Positions 37,948 through 48,634 of a DNA stretch of 64,000 bases are shown here, piece by piece. The stretch covers positions 37,202 through 101,201 of the forward strand of contig JAXLXQ010000008.1 in assembly GCA_046327845.1 (NCBI GenBank), read 5' to 3'. This stretch comes from Candidatus Eiseniibacteriota bacterium (GTDB lineage Bacteria > Eisenbacteria > RBG-16-71-46 > CAIMUX01). Under the pieces are notes generated by a model. The model saw only the letters and a list, made by a program, of their open reading frames with translations. It had not been told where the DNA came from and did not search any database. Numbering within the stretch: position 1 is the stretch's first letter; each line of letters starts with the position of its first letter. Position numbers and translations under genes: made by a program.

Positions 37948-40161
37948 CTAGTCGAGGATCAGCTTCAACGCCGCGCGATGCTCCCCGCGCTCGAGCAGGA
38001 CAATGCGGACGCCACGCGCGGACCGGCTCGACTCCGGCACACCCTCGAGGCGCCAGACACCGTCACCGATCGATCGCACGGTTAGCTCTCCCTCGACGCG
38101 ACCGTCGATCGAGGTAGATCCAGCCGCGAGGCACCGACGCGCGATCGTCCGCGCATCGACCAGGAGCCGCACGCCGCTCCCCGGGTTCGCGTTCTCGACG
38201 CGCACCTCGACGCCCGGCCCGAGCGATCCATGCAGCCACCGCGGGTCCAACGACGCGACGCCGTCGCCACCCACCGCCGCGGGGTTCACGTCGCTGGCGC
38301 GAAGGATCCCGTTGTACCGACTGCCGAAGAGGAAGCCGTCGCTCGTCGTGCAGATCGACGACCCATACCAACCGGATGGCGTGTCGACTTGCTGCCAGGT
38401 CGCGCCCCCATCGCTCGTGATCTGCGCGATCTGACCGAACACGGTCCCGGCCACGCCGTGCAGCGCGTCGCGGAAATCGATCGAGCGCGCGCCCACCCCG
38501 ACGTTGCTCCAGCTCGTCCCGCCGTTGGTCGTGCGGAACATCCCGCCGTCGGTCGCGGCGACGCCGTTGGTCGCGCTCAACCAGTGCATGGCCATGATCG
38601 CGCCGCCCGTGATGCCCGCGCTGGGCACCACGCTCCACTGACCGCCGCCATCGGTCGTGCGCCAGAAGTCCACCGCCCCGAAGTCACCGCCCGCAACGAA
38701 TCCGACCAGCGGATTGATGAAGTCGAGGCAGAAGAAGCGATGCGGCGCGTTGATCCCGGTCATCCGCTCCGCCCAGGTCACGCCGCCATCGGTGCTCTTG
38801 AAGACGAAGTTCACGTTGGTGCCGCCGTAGGTCGCGGCGTAGGCGATGTTCGGGTCCGGTCGATCCAACGCCACCATGCCGCCGGCGTAGGTCGCCCGTA
38901 CCACTTGCAGCGCCCAGCTCACTCCGCCGTCGGTGGTACGCGCCACCTTGCTCGCGCCGCCGCCGGTGTAGCCACCGACCAACCCATCGAGATCGTTGAC
39001 GAAGGAGATGCACGCGGGCCCCGCGATACCCGTGGTAGTCGCCGCGTAGCTCCACGACACCCCGCCGTCGTTCGTCTCGAGCCAGACATTGCTCCCTCCC
39101 GCGAAGCCATGTCCGTCGTCGAGGACCCGGAGCAGATCGATGTCGGCGCGCGCGCCATCCTCGGGACTCTGGGTGAAGTTGATCCAGGTTGTGCCGGTGT
39201 CGCTGCGCAGCAGGTCGCCCGCGGTGGTGACAGCGCAGTAGCCGCCGCCCGAGAGCCGCGCCATCTCGCTCACACCGGTGACATCGATCCGCGAGAAGCG
39301 AACGTTCCAGTCGGTGCCCGCGTTCGTCGTCTCGTAGATGAGCGCCCCCTCGCCGTTGGTCGCGGCGAACCAGTGCGTCGCGCTCAGGAGCATCACCTCG
39401 TCGGTGTAGATCGGGTCATGCCCGAACCCGTGCGTCACATCGGTCCACGAGACGCCGCCGTTGGTCGTGCGAAAGGTGTCGAAGTCGTGGAAGATCCAAC
39501 CGGTCGATGCGTCCAGGAACTCGATGTCGCCCGCCAGGTCGAAGTCGGCGGGCACGCCCGGCACATCCTGCCAGCTCTGCCCCGCATCGGTGGTCTGCTT
39601 GAGGACGAAGGCGCCGAGGATGTACCCGCGCGTCGGGCTCGTCCAAAACTGGTCCGCGATCTGCCCGCTGCCGGGCGGCGAGGTGCGGAGCGCCCAGCTC
39701 GCGCCGTTGTCGGTGGAGCGCATCACGCGGGTGCCGCCCACCGCGAAGAGCGTGCTCGCATCGACGCGGAAGAGATCCTCGAGTTCACTGTTCGCCGGAG
39801 TGCTGACCGCGCTCCAACTCTGCCCCCCGTCGTTCGAGCGGAAGAGCCCCGGCGCCTTGCCCGCCGCGAGCAGCACTCCCGGCGACAGCACGAGCAGGTC
39901 GTTCAAGTGGGTCGCGAAATTCGGAAAGCTCGAGCGGTCGATCCAGCTCTGACCACCGTCGTTGGTGACGAGCGTCGTTCCCTTCGTGCCCACCGCGTAG
40001 CCAACCGTCGCGCTCTCGAAGGCGAGCGAGTAGAGGCCGTTTCCCTGCGGCCTCGGGTTGCTCCAGTTGAAGTCGTAGGGCGCCGCGCTCGCGATCTGCC
40101 CGAGTGGACCCAACGGCGCGAGCGAGCAGGCCAGCCCAAGCAGAGTGAGCAACCCTCGCAT
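37948..40161 (-). CDS. Secreted BNR/Asp-box repeat beta-propeller protein (Ycf48/sortilin-like)
   Basis: The signal peptide is MRGLLTLLGLACSLAPLG. There are more than 12 repeats of the T.DGG.SW pattern (TNDGGQSW, SNDGGQSWS, STDNGASW, TTDAGQSW, TTNGGVSW, TTNAGTDW, TNDGGVSW, TTDGGVSW, STDGGVTW, TTDGGGQW, TTNGGTSW, TSDGGATW). Confidence 0.75.
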   Translation of the reverse strand: MRGLLTLLGLACSLAPLGPLGQIASAAPYDFNWSNPRPQGNGLYSLAFESATVGYAVGTKGTTLVTNDGGQSWIDRSSFPNFATHLNDLLVLSPGVLLAAGKAPGLFRSNDGGQSWSAVSTPANSELEDLFRVDASTLFAVGGTRVMRSTDNGASWALRTSPPGSGQIADQFWTSPTRGYILGAFVLKQTTDAGQSWQDVPGVPADFDLAGDIEFLDASTGWIFHDFDTFRTTNGGVSWTDVTHGFGHDPIYTDEVMLLSATHWFAATNGEGALIYETTNAGTDWNVRFSRIDVTGVSEMARLSGGGYCAVTTAGDLLRSDTGTTWINFTQSPEDGARADIDLLRVLDDGHGFAGGSNVWLETNDGGVSWSYAATTTGIAGPACISFVNDLDGLVGGYTGGGASKVARTTDGGVSWALQVVRATYAGGMVALDRPDPNIAYAATYGGTNVNFVFKSTDGGVTWAERMTGINAPHRFFCLDFINPLVGFVAGGDFGAVDFWRTTDGGGQWSVVPSAGITGGAIMAMHWLSATNGVAATDGGMFRTTNGGTSWSNVGVGARSIDFRDALHGVAGTVFGQIAQITSDGGATWQQVDTPSGWYGSSICTTSDGFLFGSRYNGILRASDVNPAAVGGDGVASLDPRWLHGSLGPGVEVRVENANPGSGVRLLVDARTIARRCLAAGSTSIDGRVEGELTVRSIGDGVWRLEGVPESSRSARGVRIVLLERGEHRAALKLILD

Positions 40162-40331
40162 CGACACGGGAGAGGCCTGGACGCGAACGCGGGAACGAGG
40201 GACTAGCGGAGTGCAAGCCGGGGTGCGTGACATGGACTTCCTCATTCGTGGATGTGGCCGGATGGGAGCGCGGAGACGCGGGGACAAGTCTACCCGCTCG
40301 CACCGGCTCGCCGCGAGCTATCCTGCGCGCC

Positions 40332-41911
40332 ATGATCGATCTTCTCCTCGGCGAACCGCTCTTGTTGCTCTTCTTGGTGCTCGCCGTCGGCTACGCGCTC
40401 GGTCGCGTCTCATTTGGCGGCGTACAACTCGGCGTGGCCGCGGTGCTCTTCGTCGGTCTCGCCGCGGGCGCACTGGACGAAAGATTCGCGCTCCCTCCAT
40501 TCGTACGAAGCTTCGGGCTCGTCATCTTTGTCTACGCGGTCGGCGTGTCGAGCGGGCCCGGGTTCGTCACCTCGCTTAGGCGGCGCGGCATTCGCGATAG
40601 CGCGTGGGTCGCGGCGCTCCTGCTTCTCGCCGCCGGGTTGGCCGAGATCGCGCGACTCACGCTTCACCTCCCCGCCGGTGTGACTGCCGGCCTCTTCTGC
40701 GGCGCGCTCACCAACACGCCCGCGCTCGCCGCCGTGCTCGAGCGCGTGCCGAAGGGAGATCTCGCGCCGGTGGTCGGCTACTCGGTCGCCTATCCGATGG
40801 GCGCGCTCGGCATGCTGCTCGGCCTGGCGGTGGCGAAGCGACGTTGGCGTTCGGAGCTCGATGCCCTCGCCCGCTCCGGCGCGATCGAGCTGCGCTTCGT
40901 CGTCGTCACGCGCGACGCGGTGGTGGGTCGGCCGGTCGAAGAGCTGCTCCAGGAGTGGCAGGTGCGCGCGCGCTTCGTACGACGGCGGCGCGCGGGACAG
41001 TGGGCGCTGCTCAATCCGAACGAGCCGCTCTTGAAGGGCGACCTCGCGACCGTCGTCGGCCTGCGCGACGCACTCGATCGCGTCACCCGCGAGCTAGGCG
41101 AAGAGTCGGATGAAAAGGTCGAGCTTGGACGGAGCGACCTCGACTTTCGGCGCATCTTCGTGTCGAACGGCGCGGTCGCCGGGCGCTCGCTGGCGGAGCT
41201 CAAGACCCTCTCGCGCTACGGCGCCCTCGTCACGCGCGTGCGCCGCGGCGACATCGACCTCATCCCCGACGGTCGCACCGTGCTCGAACTCGGCGATCGC
41301 GTGCGCGTGGTCGCCCCCCGCGAACGCATGGCCGAGGTCACGCGCTTCTTCGGCGACTCCTATCGCGCGCTCGGCGAGGTAGACGCCGTGTCGTTCGGCT
41401 TCGGCATCGGACTCGGGCTGCTGCTCGGCATGGTGTCGATCCCGCTGCCCGGCGGCACGGTGTTTCGACTCGGGCCCGCCGGAGGCCGCTCGTCGCCGGG
41501 CTGGTGCTGGGCGCGATCGGACGCACCGGGCCGATCGTGTGGCAGTTGCCGTACAGCGCGAGCCTCACGCTTCGGCAACTCGGGCTCGCACTCTTCCTGG
41601 CCGCGGTTGGCGTCAGTGCCGGCACTCCCTTCGTGCGCACGCTCCGCGAGGGTGGCGGGCCGTCGCTCTTCGTCGCCGGCACCATCGTGACGCTCGTCAC
41701 CTCGGCGCTCGCCCTCTGGAGCAGCCGCCGTCTGCTCCACGCGCCGGCCGGCATCGCGATGGGGATGACGAGCGGCGTGCACACGCAGCCGGCGGGGCTG
41801 GCCTTCGCCAACGATGCCGCGCCCGACGAGTCGCCGAATCTGGGCTACGCCAGCGTCTCGCCCGTCGCGACGGTGACGAAGATCCTGCTGGCGCAGGTGC
41901 TGCTGGGATAG
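40332..41911 (+). CDS. YidE/AspT/YbjL-family transporter (two membrane domains flanking two TrkA-C domains), with an apparent -1 frameshift near 41484
   Basis: The first membrane domain is MIDLLLGEPLLLLFLVLAVGYALGRVSFGG.... Two TrkA-C-like segments are present (...VRARFVRRRRAGQWALLNPNEPLLKGDLATVVG... and ...DGRTVLELGDRVRVVAP). The second membrane domain (GRTGPIVWQLPYSASLTLRQLGLALFLAAVGVSAG...) reads in the -1 frame after ...LPGGTVFRLGPAGG. Confidence 0.8.
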
Positions 41912-41942
41912 CCCCACCCTCTCGCCGACGACAGTCGCGCGG

Positions 41943-42389
41943 TCACGCCCCGAACTGCGTCAAATGATGATCAAGGTGCTTGTAGCAGAGTCGCCCCCAC
42001 TCCGCGGACGAGAGCGGGCCGAAGGCCGGGTGCACCGCGCGAGCCTCGCCGCGCGCGACCCGCTCCGCGAGCGCGAGGCAGGTCGCGAGATCCTCGTCCC
42101 ACGAAGATGGCGCCGAGAGGAGCATCTCGGGCGCCGTCTGAACCTTTCCGCGCGGCGCCGCCATACCCGTGTTAACCACGAGGTTCTTGAGCAGCAGCCG
42201 CGTCAGGAGATTGTGCGTCGGGCGGGTGGGCGCGTCACCCAGCGCAACCCGCATTTGGTCGCCCAGGTGACAGAGCATGCGCGGCGCGGTGAGCGTGCCC
42301 CAAGCCGGCGCCGAATCCTTCCGCACGCGTCGCAGTCGATCGAGGATGCGCGCGCGATCCGTTTCGTTGAGCAGAGTGCAGAGTGCCAT
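41943..42389 (-). CDS. DinB/DUF1569-like four-helix-bundle protein
   Basis: The C-terminus is HPAFGPLSSAEWGRLCYKHLDHHLTQFG. The size is ~148 aa. Confidence 0.55.
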   Translation of the reverse strand: MALCTLLNETDRARILDRLRRVRKDSAPAWGTLTAPRMLCHLGDQMRVALGDAPTRPTHNLLTRLLLKNLVVNTGMAAPRGKVQTAPEMLLSAPSSWDEDLATCLALAERVARGEARAVHPAFGPLSSAEWGRLCYKHLDHHLTQFGA

Positions 42390-42486
42390 AGATCCCTCCT
42401 GGTCTGCTCGCGTCCGACCGGGATGATCGGAACGAGCCGGAGCAGGTTAGCACCATTCGTCGCCTCCGCACCCGAAGGTCTCGCTA

Positions 42487-44106
42487 TCAGCGCAGGACGA
42501 TCTTGGTCGCGCTCGATTGCCCGGAGTGAATCAGGCGCGCGAAGTACACCCCACGCGGCGCGCGGCGACCGGCGGCGTCGAGTCCGTCCCACGCGATCAC
42601 ATGGCGACCGGCCGGAAGCTCGGAGTGGACCAGCCTTCGCACGATCGAGCCGTCCGCCGCTGTGATGGACAGATCAACTCGAGTGGCCAGCTCGATCTGG
42701 AAGTGAAGGCTCGCGCTGCTCTCCGCCGGATTGGGTAACGCTACGAGGGGCGTACCCGGTGCCTCGGAAGCAGGGACCGCCACGATGGTGCGGCACTGCA
42801 CGTCGGTGAATCCACCACTGAAGAGCGTGTACGGCGCGGTGTTCGTGACAAACGCCGGCGCGGTGACGACAGGGCCGCGCGCGACGACGTCGAGGCTCAC
42901 AGGCCCGGTCGAGGTCGCAGCCGTGGCGCCGAAGCACCCCGCGCTCCCTGTGCTGTCGGTCTTGAGCAGGAGCAGGCTCGTAAACAGCGGGCCGAAGCTC
43001 TTGGCGGTCCCCGTAATCGCGAACCCACCGTCGGGCATCGGCACGGAGCTGTAGCCCAGCTCTTGATCCCCCGCTCCGAAGGTGCGGCTCAAGAGCACGC
43101 TGCCGACCGCGTCAACGCTGACGAAGTAGCCGTCGAGCAGACCCGCGCCGAAGCTCGAGGTCGCGGCGGTCAAGGCGAACCCACCGCTCGGGGTCATTCT
43201 CATCGACACCTTCGATTCTCCGCCTGGTCCGCCGTAGGTTCGCGCCCACTGCACGTCGCCCGTCGCGTTCGTCTTGATCAGGAGGAAGTCGTTCCCCCCC
43301 GCGCCAAAGCTGATGGTTCGGCCCGCGATCGCGAATCCTCCGTCCGCGGTCTGCACGATCCCGGATCCCTCTTCGGTGCTCGCTCCGCCATAGGTCTTGG
43401 CCCAGAGCAATCCCCCGGTCGCGTCGGTGCGCACGACGAAGATCTTGGGCGCGGCCACGCCGAAGCTGGCGGTCGAGCCGGCGATCGCGAACCCCTGATC
43501 GCTGGTCTGGCAGACCGCGAATCCTTGATCCCCGGCCTCGCCGCCGTAGGTGCGGAGCCAGGAGAGATTCCCCGAGGCGTCGGTCTTGAACAGCAGGAAG
43601 TCGTAGTTACCCGCGCCCAGTTCGCTGGTATACCCCGCCGCAATGCACCCGCCATCGCTCGTGGCCTGGAGGCTCCACAGTTGGTCGGAGTGAGATAGAC
43701 CGTAGGTTCGCGCCCACTGGGTCGCGCCCGCCTCGTTCACCTTGATGAGCACCGCGTCGTCGCTGCCCGCGCCGACGCCATTGGTGAAGCCGCCCACGAC
43801 GTAGCCGCCGCCAACCGCCGGAACGACGCCGAATCCGTATTCGTTGCCGCCGAACTGCCAGCGCCGAGTCCACAGCGTGTCGCCCGCGCTGGTGGTGCGA
43901 ACGAGCAGCACGTCGTCGTTGAAGTTGGCGCCGGCGCGACCAGTGATCGCGTAGCCGCCGCTCGGTGACGCCAGGATCGAGTACCCCTCGGAGTAGCTGC
44001 CGAGGCCGATCGTCTCCTGAAAGGTCGTTTGCGCTGTCGCGTCGCCGGGAGCCCCGGCGAGCAGCGCGCCGAGCAGGACGGCGGCGCGCGCCAAGTTCAA
44101 GAGCAT
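42487..44106 (-). CDS. Secreted repeat protein (~40-aa beta-propeller-like repeats) with a T9SS/FlgD-Ig-like C-terminal domain
   Basis: The signal peptide is MLLNLARAAVLLGALLAGAPGDATAQ. Nine or more repeats follow the pattern DGG[FY]...G.T.SFGAG..D.LL.K....G...W..TYGG. The C-terminus is LPNPAESSASLHFQIELATRVDLSITAADGSIVRRL...GVYFARLIHSGQSSATKIVL. Confidence 0.75.
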   Translation of the reverse strand: MLLNLARAAVLLGALLAGAPGDATAQTTFQETIGLGSYSEGYSILASPSGGYAITGRAGANFNDDVLLVRTTSAGDTLWTRRWQFGGNEYGFGVVPAVGGGYVVGGFTNGVGAGSDDAVLIKVNEAGATQWARTYGLSHSDQLWSLQATSDGGCIAAGYTSELGAGNYDFLLFKTDASGNLSWLRTYGGEAGDQGFAVCQTSDQGFAIAGSTASFGVAAPKIFVVRTDATGGLLWAKTYGGASTEEGSGIVQTADGGFAIAGRTISFGAGGNDFLLIKTNATGDVQWARTYGGPGGESKVSMRMTPSGGFALTAATSSFGAGLLDGYFVSVDAVGSVLLSRTFGAGDQELGYSSVPMPDGGFAITGTAKSFGPLFTSLLLLKTDSTGSAGCFGATAATSTGPVSLDVVARGPVVTAPAFVTNTAPYTLFSGGFTDVQCRTIVAVPASEAPGTPLVALPNPAESSASLHFQIELATRVDLSITAADGSIVRRLVHSELPAGRHVIAWDGLDAAGRRAPRGVYFARLIHSGQSSATKIVLR

Positions 44107-44204
44107 GGTGGACTCCTCTCCTCGAGATGCCGGGGTCGGAAATGGCGGTGGGCGCCACGCGCCGCCTGAGGCCGGCGGAGCGACCCGGGGGTGATGGACC
44201 GCCT

Positions 44205-44597
44205 CTATCGGGGAGAACCAGCCGGGCGAGGAGACGTAACCGGGAAATGTGGGGGGCTGATGGAATCGCTGGATCGAGCCTCAGCGTCGGGTGGCGTTCT
44301 GAGGGCGTCGCTTTTGCCGGTCGGAGGCGGTCTGCCCGGCCCCATGCGAAGCGAGGTGCGGGGCGCGTGCTCCGCTCTCACCGCCTCCGCGGCTAACTCG
44401 GCGCACAACGTGCGATACCCGAGGTGGGCGAGAAGGTAGCTCATCTGGGTCATCGGGAGCTTCACGCGGCGGATCTTCTCCGCTCGCGCTCGTTCGGCAA
44501 CTGGGAGTTGGCTGCTGACGCTGTTGACGATCGCGTCGACATGCATCGCGAAGACCGCGCCGGTCCACCCGCCGGTCGCACCGCGCAACAGGCGCAC
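44205..44597 (-). CDS. Hypothetical protein; the frame is open upstream to ~44740, so the start is uncertain
   Basis: The composition is protein-like (...LEEIVRPNWIARKSQEIVEFTTLLFSEAISEAAGRARVRLLRGATGGWTGAVFAMHVDAIVNSVSSQLPV...). No family was recognised. Confidence 0.35.
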   Translation of the reverse strand: MRLLRGATGGWTGAVFAMHVDAIVNSVSSQLPVAERARAEKIRRVKLPMTQMSYLLAHLGYRTLCAELAAEAVRAEHAPRTSLRMGPGRPPPTGKSDALRTPPDAEARSSDSISPPHFPVTSPRPAGSPR

Positions 44598-44741
44598 CCG
44601 AGCGCGGCCGGCGGCCTCGCTAATCGCTTCGGAGAAGAGCAGCGTGGTGAACTCGACGATCTCCTGCGACTTTCTCGCGATCCAGTTTGGCCGGACGATT
44701 TCCTCCAGCGAGTCGAGCAGCGGACCTTCGCGGTCCAGGCG

Positions 44742-45089
44742 TCAGAGCCGGTGCGTCACGGTCTGGAACAGGTATGGAGTCGCCGACGCAAACGCAACCA
44801 GCAGCAGCCAAGCGACGACCGTGGGGGCAGCGGGAAAGAGCTGAGTTTTGCTCAACAGGTAGCGTAACGGCAGGGCCGCATACCATCCGGTCAGGGCGAG
44901 CAAGAAGGAGATCCCCGCCGAGTACAGGGCCGCAGGGACGAGCCGCCACTCGAGCCACTGCGCCAACGGCAGCTTCCACGGATTCCGCTGATAGTGCGCC
45001 GTCACCGCAGAACCCATAACGAACAGGAACGACCCCGCGGCGAGCCCAGATAGCACGACCGAGATCGGCGGATCAAAGCTTGCGGCCAT
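44742..45089 (-). CDS. Small integral membrane protein (3-4 TM helices)
   Basis: The hydrophobic segments are VVLSGLAAGSFLFVMGSAV, LVPAALYSAGISFLLALTGWYAALPL and TVVAWLLLVAFASATPYLF. Confidence 0.4.
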   Translation of the reverse strand: MAASFDPPISVVLSGLAAGSFLFVMGSAVTAHYQRNPWKLPLAQWLEWRLVPAALYSAGISFLLALTGWYAALPLRYLLSKTQLFPAAPTVVAWLLLVAFASATPYLFQTVTHRL

Positions 45090-45141
45090 ACGCGTGCCCG
45101 TCCGGAAGTACTACTTCTGCGTCAGTGGGTGTGCCGCGCGC

Positions 45142-45393
45142 CTATCGAGCGATGCCCCACCTTCGTTCATCGTCGGCATACTCGGCCTCGCAGTGATGCG
45201 GTCGGACGCTAAGCACTCCCGCGCGGCCGAGCGCCTGCAGGACCCGCAGCACGTCGGCGTTCCCGCACACCAGCTCGCGCGCGAGTTCGCTCACGCATTC
45301 CGGACCGTGCGTCCGAAGGCGCTCCAGGATCCGCCGCGCGATCTCAGCATCCGAGAGTAGAGGCGTCGATTGTTGTAAAGCCGGGGTCTTCAT
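45142..45393 (-). CDS. Small winged-helix-like protein (DUF3253-like), 83 aa
   Basis: It reads MKTPALQQSTPLLSDAEIARRILERLRTHGPECVSELARELVCGNADVLRVLQALGRAGVLSVRP.... The rest of the long track ORF upstream is junk. Confidence 0.4.
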   Translation of the reverse strand: MKTPALQQSTPLLSDAEIARRILERLRTHGPECVSELARELVCGNADVLRVLQALGRAGVLSVRPHHCEAEYADDERRWGIAR

Positions 45394-45730
45394 ATGAACA
45401 ACATGGCATCCTACGCCCCCGAGGGGCTGAATAGCGACCCGCGCATGCGAGATCCATCCCGCATCATGCGCGGCGTCGCGGCGAAAACTCGCACGTCGTG
45501 ATCGAGCTGGCAAGTCCCTTGCCATGGCCCGAGCCGGAAACCGCGCCACGCTACCGAAGCACTGACGCGACCACAACGGGATTGGCTTGCGACGCTCTTC
45601 GCGCCCGCTGTTTGCCAGTCCGTGCCGTTGTCCGCCATCGGACCGGGTGCTAGTCTCGCGCTTGGCGCGCCGGACCCGCCAAAACAGCCGGTGCGGAACA
45701 GCAGCTAGAGGAATCCAGCCAGAGGAACCC

Positions 45731-48619
45731 ATGTCCAACGAAGATCGCCTGGCCCCTGCCGACCGCTTTCTCGATCGCCACCTCGGACCGCAGGCCTCGG
45801 ACCTCCCGGCCATGCTCTCGGCGGTCGGCGCCAAGAGCGTCGACGCGCTGATCGAGGAGACGATCCCCGCCGCCATCCGCATGCGTGGCGAGCTGGACCT
45901 GCCCGCCCCCAAGACGGAGGGCGACGTGCTGACCGAGATGCGCGCGCTCGCGGCCAAGAACAAGGTCGCACGCTCCTACCTCGGCATGGGCTACTCGAAT
46001 TGCATCACGCCGGGCGTGATTCAGCGCAACATCCTGGAGAATCCCGGCTGGTATACGCAGTACACGCCGTACCAGGCCGAGATCTCGCAGGGGCGCATGG
46101 AAGCGCTCCTGAACTTCCAGACGATGGTGATCGAACTCACCGCGATGGAGGTGGCGAACGCCTCGCTGCTCGACGAGGGGACCGCGGCGGCTGAGGCGAT
46201 GACGCTCGCGCGGCGCGTGATCGATGGACGTCCCGAGGCGATGACCTTCTTCGTCGCCGATCACTGTCACCCGCAGACGATCGCGGTTGTACAGACGCGC
46301 GCGCGGATGCTCGGCTATCACGTGGTGGTCGGGCCGTACGAGGGCTACGACTTCGCGCAGCCGACCTTCGGTTGCCTGGTACAGTATCCCGCGACCGACG
46401 GGTCGGTGCCGGCGATCGAGCCGTTCATCCAGAGGGCGCACGCCGCCGGCGCGATCGTCACGGTGGCGAGCGATCTGCTTGCGCTGTGCCTGCTGCGTCC
46501 GCCGGGAGAACTCGGCGCCGACATCGTGATCGGCAACTCGCAGCGCTTCGGCGTGCCGCTCGGCTACGGCGGCCCGCACGCGGCCTTCATGGCGGTGCGT
46601 GAGGTGTACGCGCGGAAGATGCCCGGGCGCATCATCGGGATCTCGCGCGACAGCTCGGGACGGCCGGCGCTCCGCATGGCGCTTCAGACGCGCGAGCAGC
46701 ACATCCGCCGCGAGAAGGCGACCAGCAACATCTGCACCGCGCAGGTGCTCCTGGCGGTCACCGCGTCGATGTACGCCGTCTACCACGGGCCCGAGGGACT
46801 CACGCGCATCGCGCGCCGCGTCGCGACGCTCACCGAGGTGCTGGCCGCGGGCGTGAAGGCGCTCGGCCACACGCAGCGGAACGAGCATTACTTCGACACG
46901 CTGCGCGTCACGCCGAAGGGGAAGACGGCGGATGAGGTGATCCGCGCCGCGCTCGAGCGCAGCATCAACCTTCGTCGCTTCGACAACGGCGACGTCGGCG
47001 TCGCGCTCGACGAGACCGCCGGCCCGAAGGACGTTGCCGACCTGCTCGAGTGCTTCGGCGCGAAGCCGCAGCAGTTCGACGTTGTGAAGATGGCGGCGCA
47101 GGCGCCGGCAGAATTCCCGACGGCGGTGCGACGCACCAGTGCGTTCTTGAAGGACCCGATCTTCCATCGCTACCGCACCGAGACCGAGATCCAGCGCTAC
47201 ATGAAGCGGCTCGAGACGCGCGACCTCTCGCTCACCAGCTCGATGATCCCGCTCGGCTCCTGCACGATGAAGCTGAACGCCGCCGCCGAAATGCGCGCGA
47301 TGACCATCCCGGGCTTCTCCTTCCTCCATCCCTTCGTGCCGCTCGAGCAGGCGGCCGGCTACCAGGAGATGATCAAGCGGCTGGAAGGCTGGCTCGCCGA
47401 GATCACCGGCTTCGCCGGCTGCTCGATGCAACCCAACGCCGGGTCGCAGGGCGAGTACGCCGGACTGCTCGTGATTCGCGCGTGGCAGGAGGATCGCGGC
47501 CAGGGACATCGCGACGTCTGCTTGATCCCCACCTCGGCGCACGGCACCAATCCCGCGAGCGCCGTGCTCGCCGGCCTCCAGGTCGTGGCCGTCGCCTGCG
47601 ACTCAGAAGGCAACGTCGACCTCGGCGACCTGCGCAAGAAGGCGGAGCAGTACAAGGACCGCCTCGCCGCCATGATGATCACCTACCCCTCGACCCACGG
47701 CGTCTTCGAGGAGTCGATCAAGGAGATCACCGGCACCGTCCACGAGTTCGGGGGCCTCGTCTACTTCGACGGCGCCAACATGAACGCCATGGTCGGCCTC
47801 TGCCGGCCCGGCGACATCGGTGCCGATGTCTGCCACCTGAACCTGCACAAGACCTTCTGCATCCCCCACGGCGGCGGCGGCCCTGGCGTCGGCCCAATCT
47901 GCGTGGCCAAGCACCTCGTCCCCTTCCTGCCCGGACATCCCGTGATCGCGACCGGCGGCGACAAGGCGATCGGCGCCGTCTCGGCCGCGCCCTGGGGCAG
48001 CCCCAGCATCCTCACCATCAGCTACGCCTACATCGCGATGATGGGGAGCGCCGGACTCGCTCAGGCGACCAAGACCGCGATCTTGAACGCCAACTACATC
48101 GCCTCGCGCCTAAAGGATCACTACCCGGTGTTGTACAAGGGGTCGAAGGGGCGGATCGCGCACGAGTGCATCATCGACCCGCGCGCCATGCTGAAGGGCG
48201 CCGGGCTCGAGATCGACGACGTGGCGAAGCGCCTCATGGACTACGGCTTTCATGCGCCGACCATGTCCTTCCCCGTGCCGGGCACGCTCATGATCGAGCC
48301 GACCGAGAGCGAGTCGATCTACGAACTCGACCGCTTCTGCGACGCGATGATCTCGATCAGGAAGGAGATCGACGAGGTCGCGAGCGGTCAAGCCGACAAG
48401 GCCCAGAACGTGCTCAAGAACGCGCCGCACACCGCGCAGGTCGTGTGCGCCGACGAGTGGACGCGCCCCTACTCGCGCGAGCGGGCCGCCTTCCCCTCGC
48501 CGTCGACGCGCGATCACAAGTTCTGGCCGCCGGTCGGGCGGGTCGACAATGCCTTCGGTGACCGCAACCTCTGCTGCGTCTGGACGCCGGAGTTGAACGA
48601 GGTCAGCGATCCGCACTAG
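45731..48619 (+). CDS. gcvP: Glycine dehydrogenase (decarboxylating), single-chain P-protein
   Basis: The 962-aa product has the N-terminus [25 protein letters not shown]..., the PLP-lysine region [20 protein letters not shown], and a conserved C-terminal domain. Confidence 0.93.
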   Translation: MSNEDRLAPADRFLDRHLGPQASDLPAMLSAVGAKSVDALIEETIPAAIRMRGELDLPAPKTEGDVLTEMRALAAKNKVARSYLGMGYSNCITPGVIQRNILENPGWYTQYTPYQAEISQGRMEALLNFQTMVIELTAMEVANASLLDEGTAAAEAMTLARRVIDGRPEAMTFFVADHCHPQTIAVVQTRARMLGYHVVVGPYEGYDFAQPTFGCLVQYPATDGSVPAIEPFIQRAHAAGAIVTVASDLLALCLLRPPGELGADIVIGNSQRFGVPLGYGGPHAAFMAVREVYARKMPGRIIGISRDSSGRPALRMALQTREQHIRREKATSNICTAQVLLAVTASMYAVYHGPEGLTRIARRVATLTEVLAAGVKALGHTQRNEHYFDTLRVTPKGKTADEVIRAALERSINLRRFDNGDVGVALDETAGPKDVADLLECFGAKPQQFDVVKMAAQAPAEFPTAVRRTSAFLKDPIFHRYRTETEIQRYMKRLETRDLSLTSSMIPLGSCTMKLNAAAEMRAMTIPGFSFLHPFVPLEQAAGYQEMIKRLEGWLAEITGFAGCSMQPNAGSQGEYAGLLVIRAWQEDRGQGHRDVCLIPTSAHGTNPASAVLAGLQVVAVACDSEGNVDLGDLRKKAEQYKDRLAAMMITYPSTHGVFEESIKEITGTVHEFGGLVYFDGANMNAMVGLCRPGDIGADVCHLNLHKTFCIPHGGGGPGVGPICVAKHLVPFLPGHPVIATGGDKAIGAVSAAPWGSPSILTISYAYIAMMGSAGLAQATKTAILNANYIASRLKDHYPVLYKGSKGRIAHECIIDPRAMLKGAGLEIDDVAKRLMDYGFHAPTMSFPVPGTLMIEPTESESIYELDRFCDAMISIRKEIDEVASGQADKAQNVLKNAPHTAQVVCADEWTRPYSRERAAFPSPSTRDHKFWPPVGRVDNAFGDRNLCCVWTPELNEVSDPH

Positions 48620-48634
48620 ACACGGGAGGAATGC

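Noticed and set aside
38230-40206. 658-aa plus-strand ORF
   Set aside because: It is antisense to the BNR propeller gene, which has an unmistakable repeated T.DGG.SW pattern.
45394-45730. Possible glycine riboswitch upstream of gcvP
   Set aside because: The conserved tandem aptamer elements were looked for and not found in the 337-bp leader.
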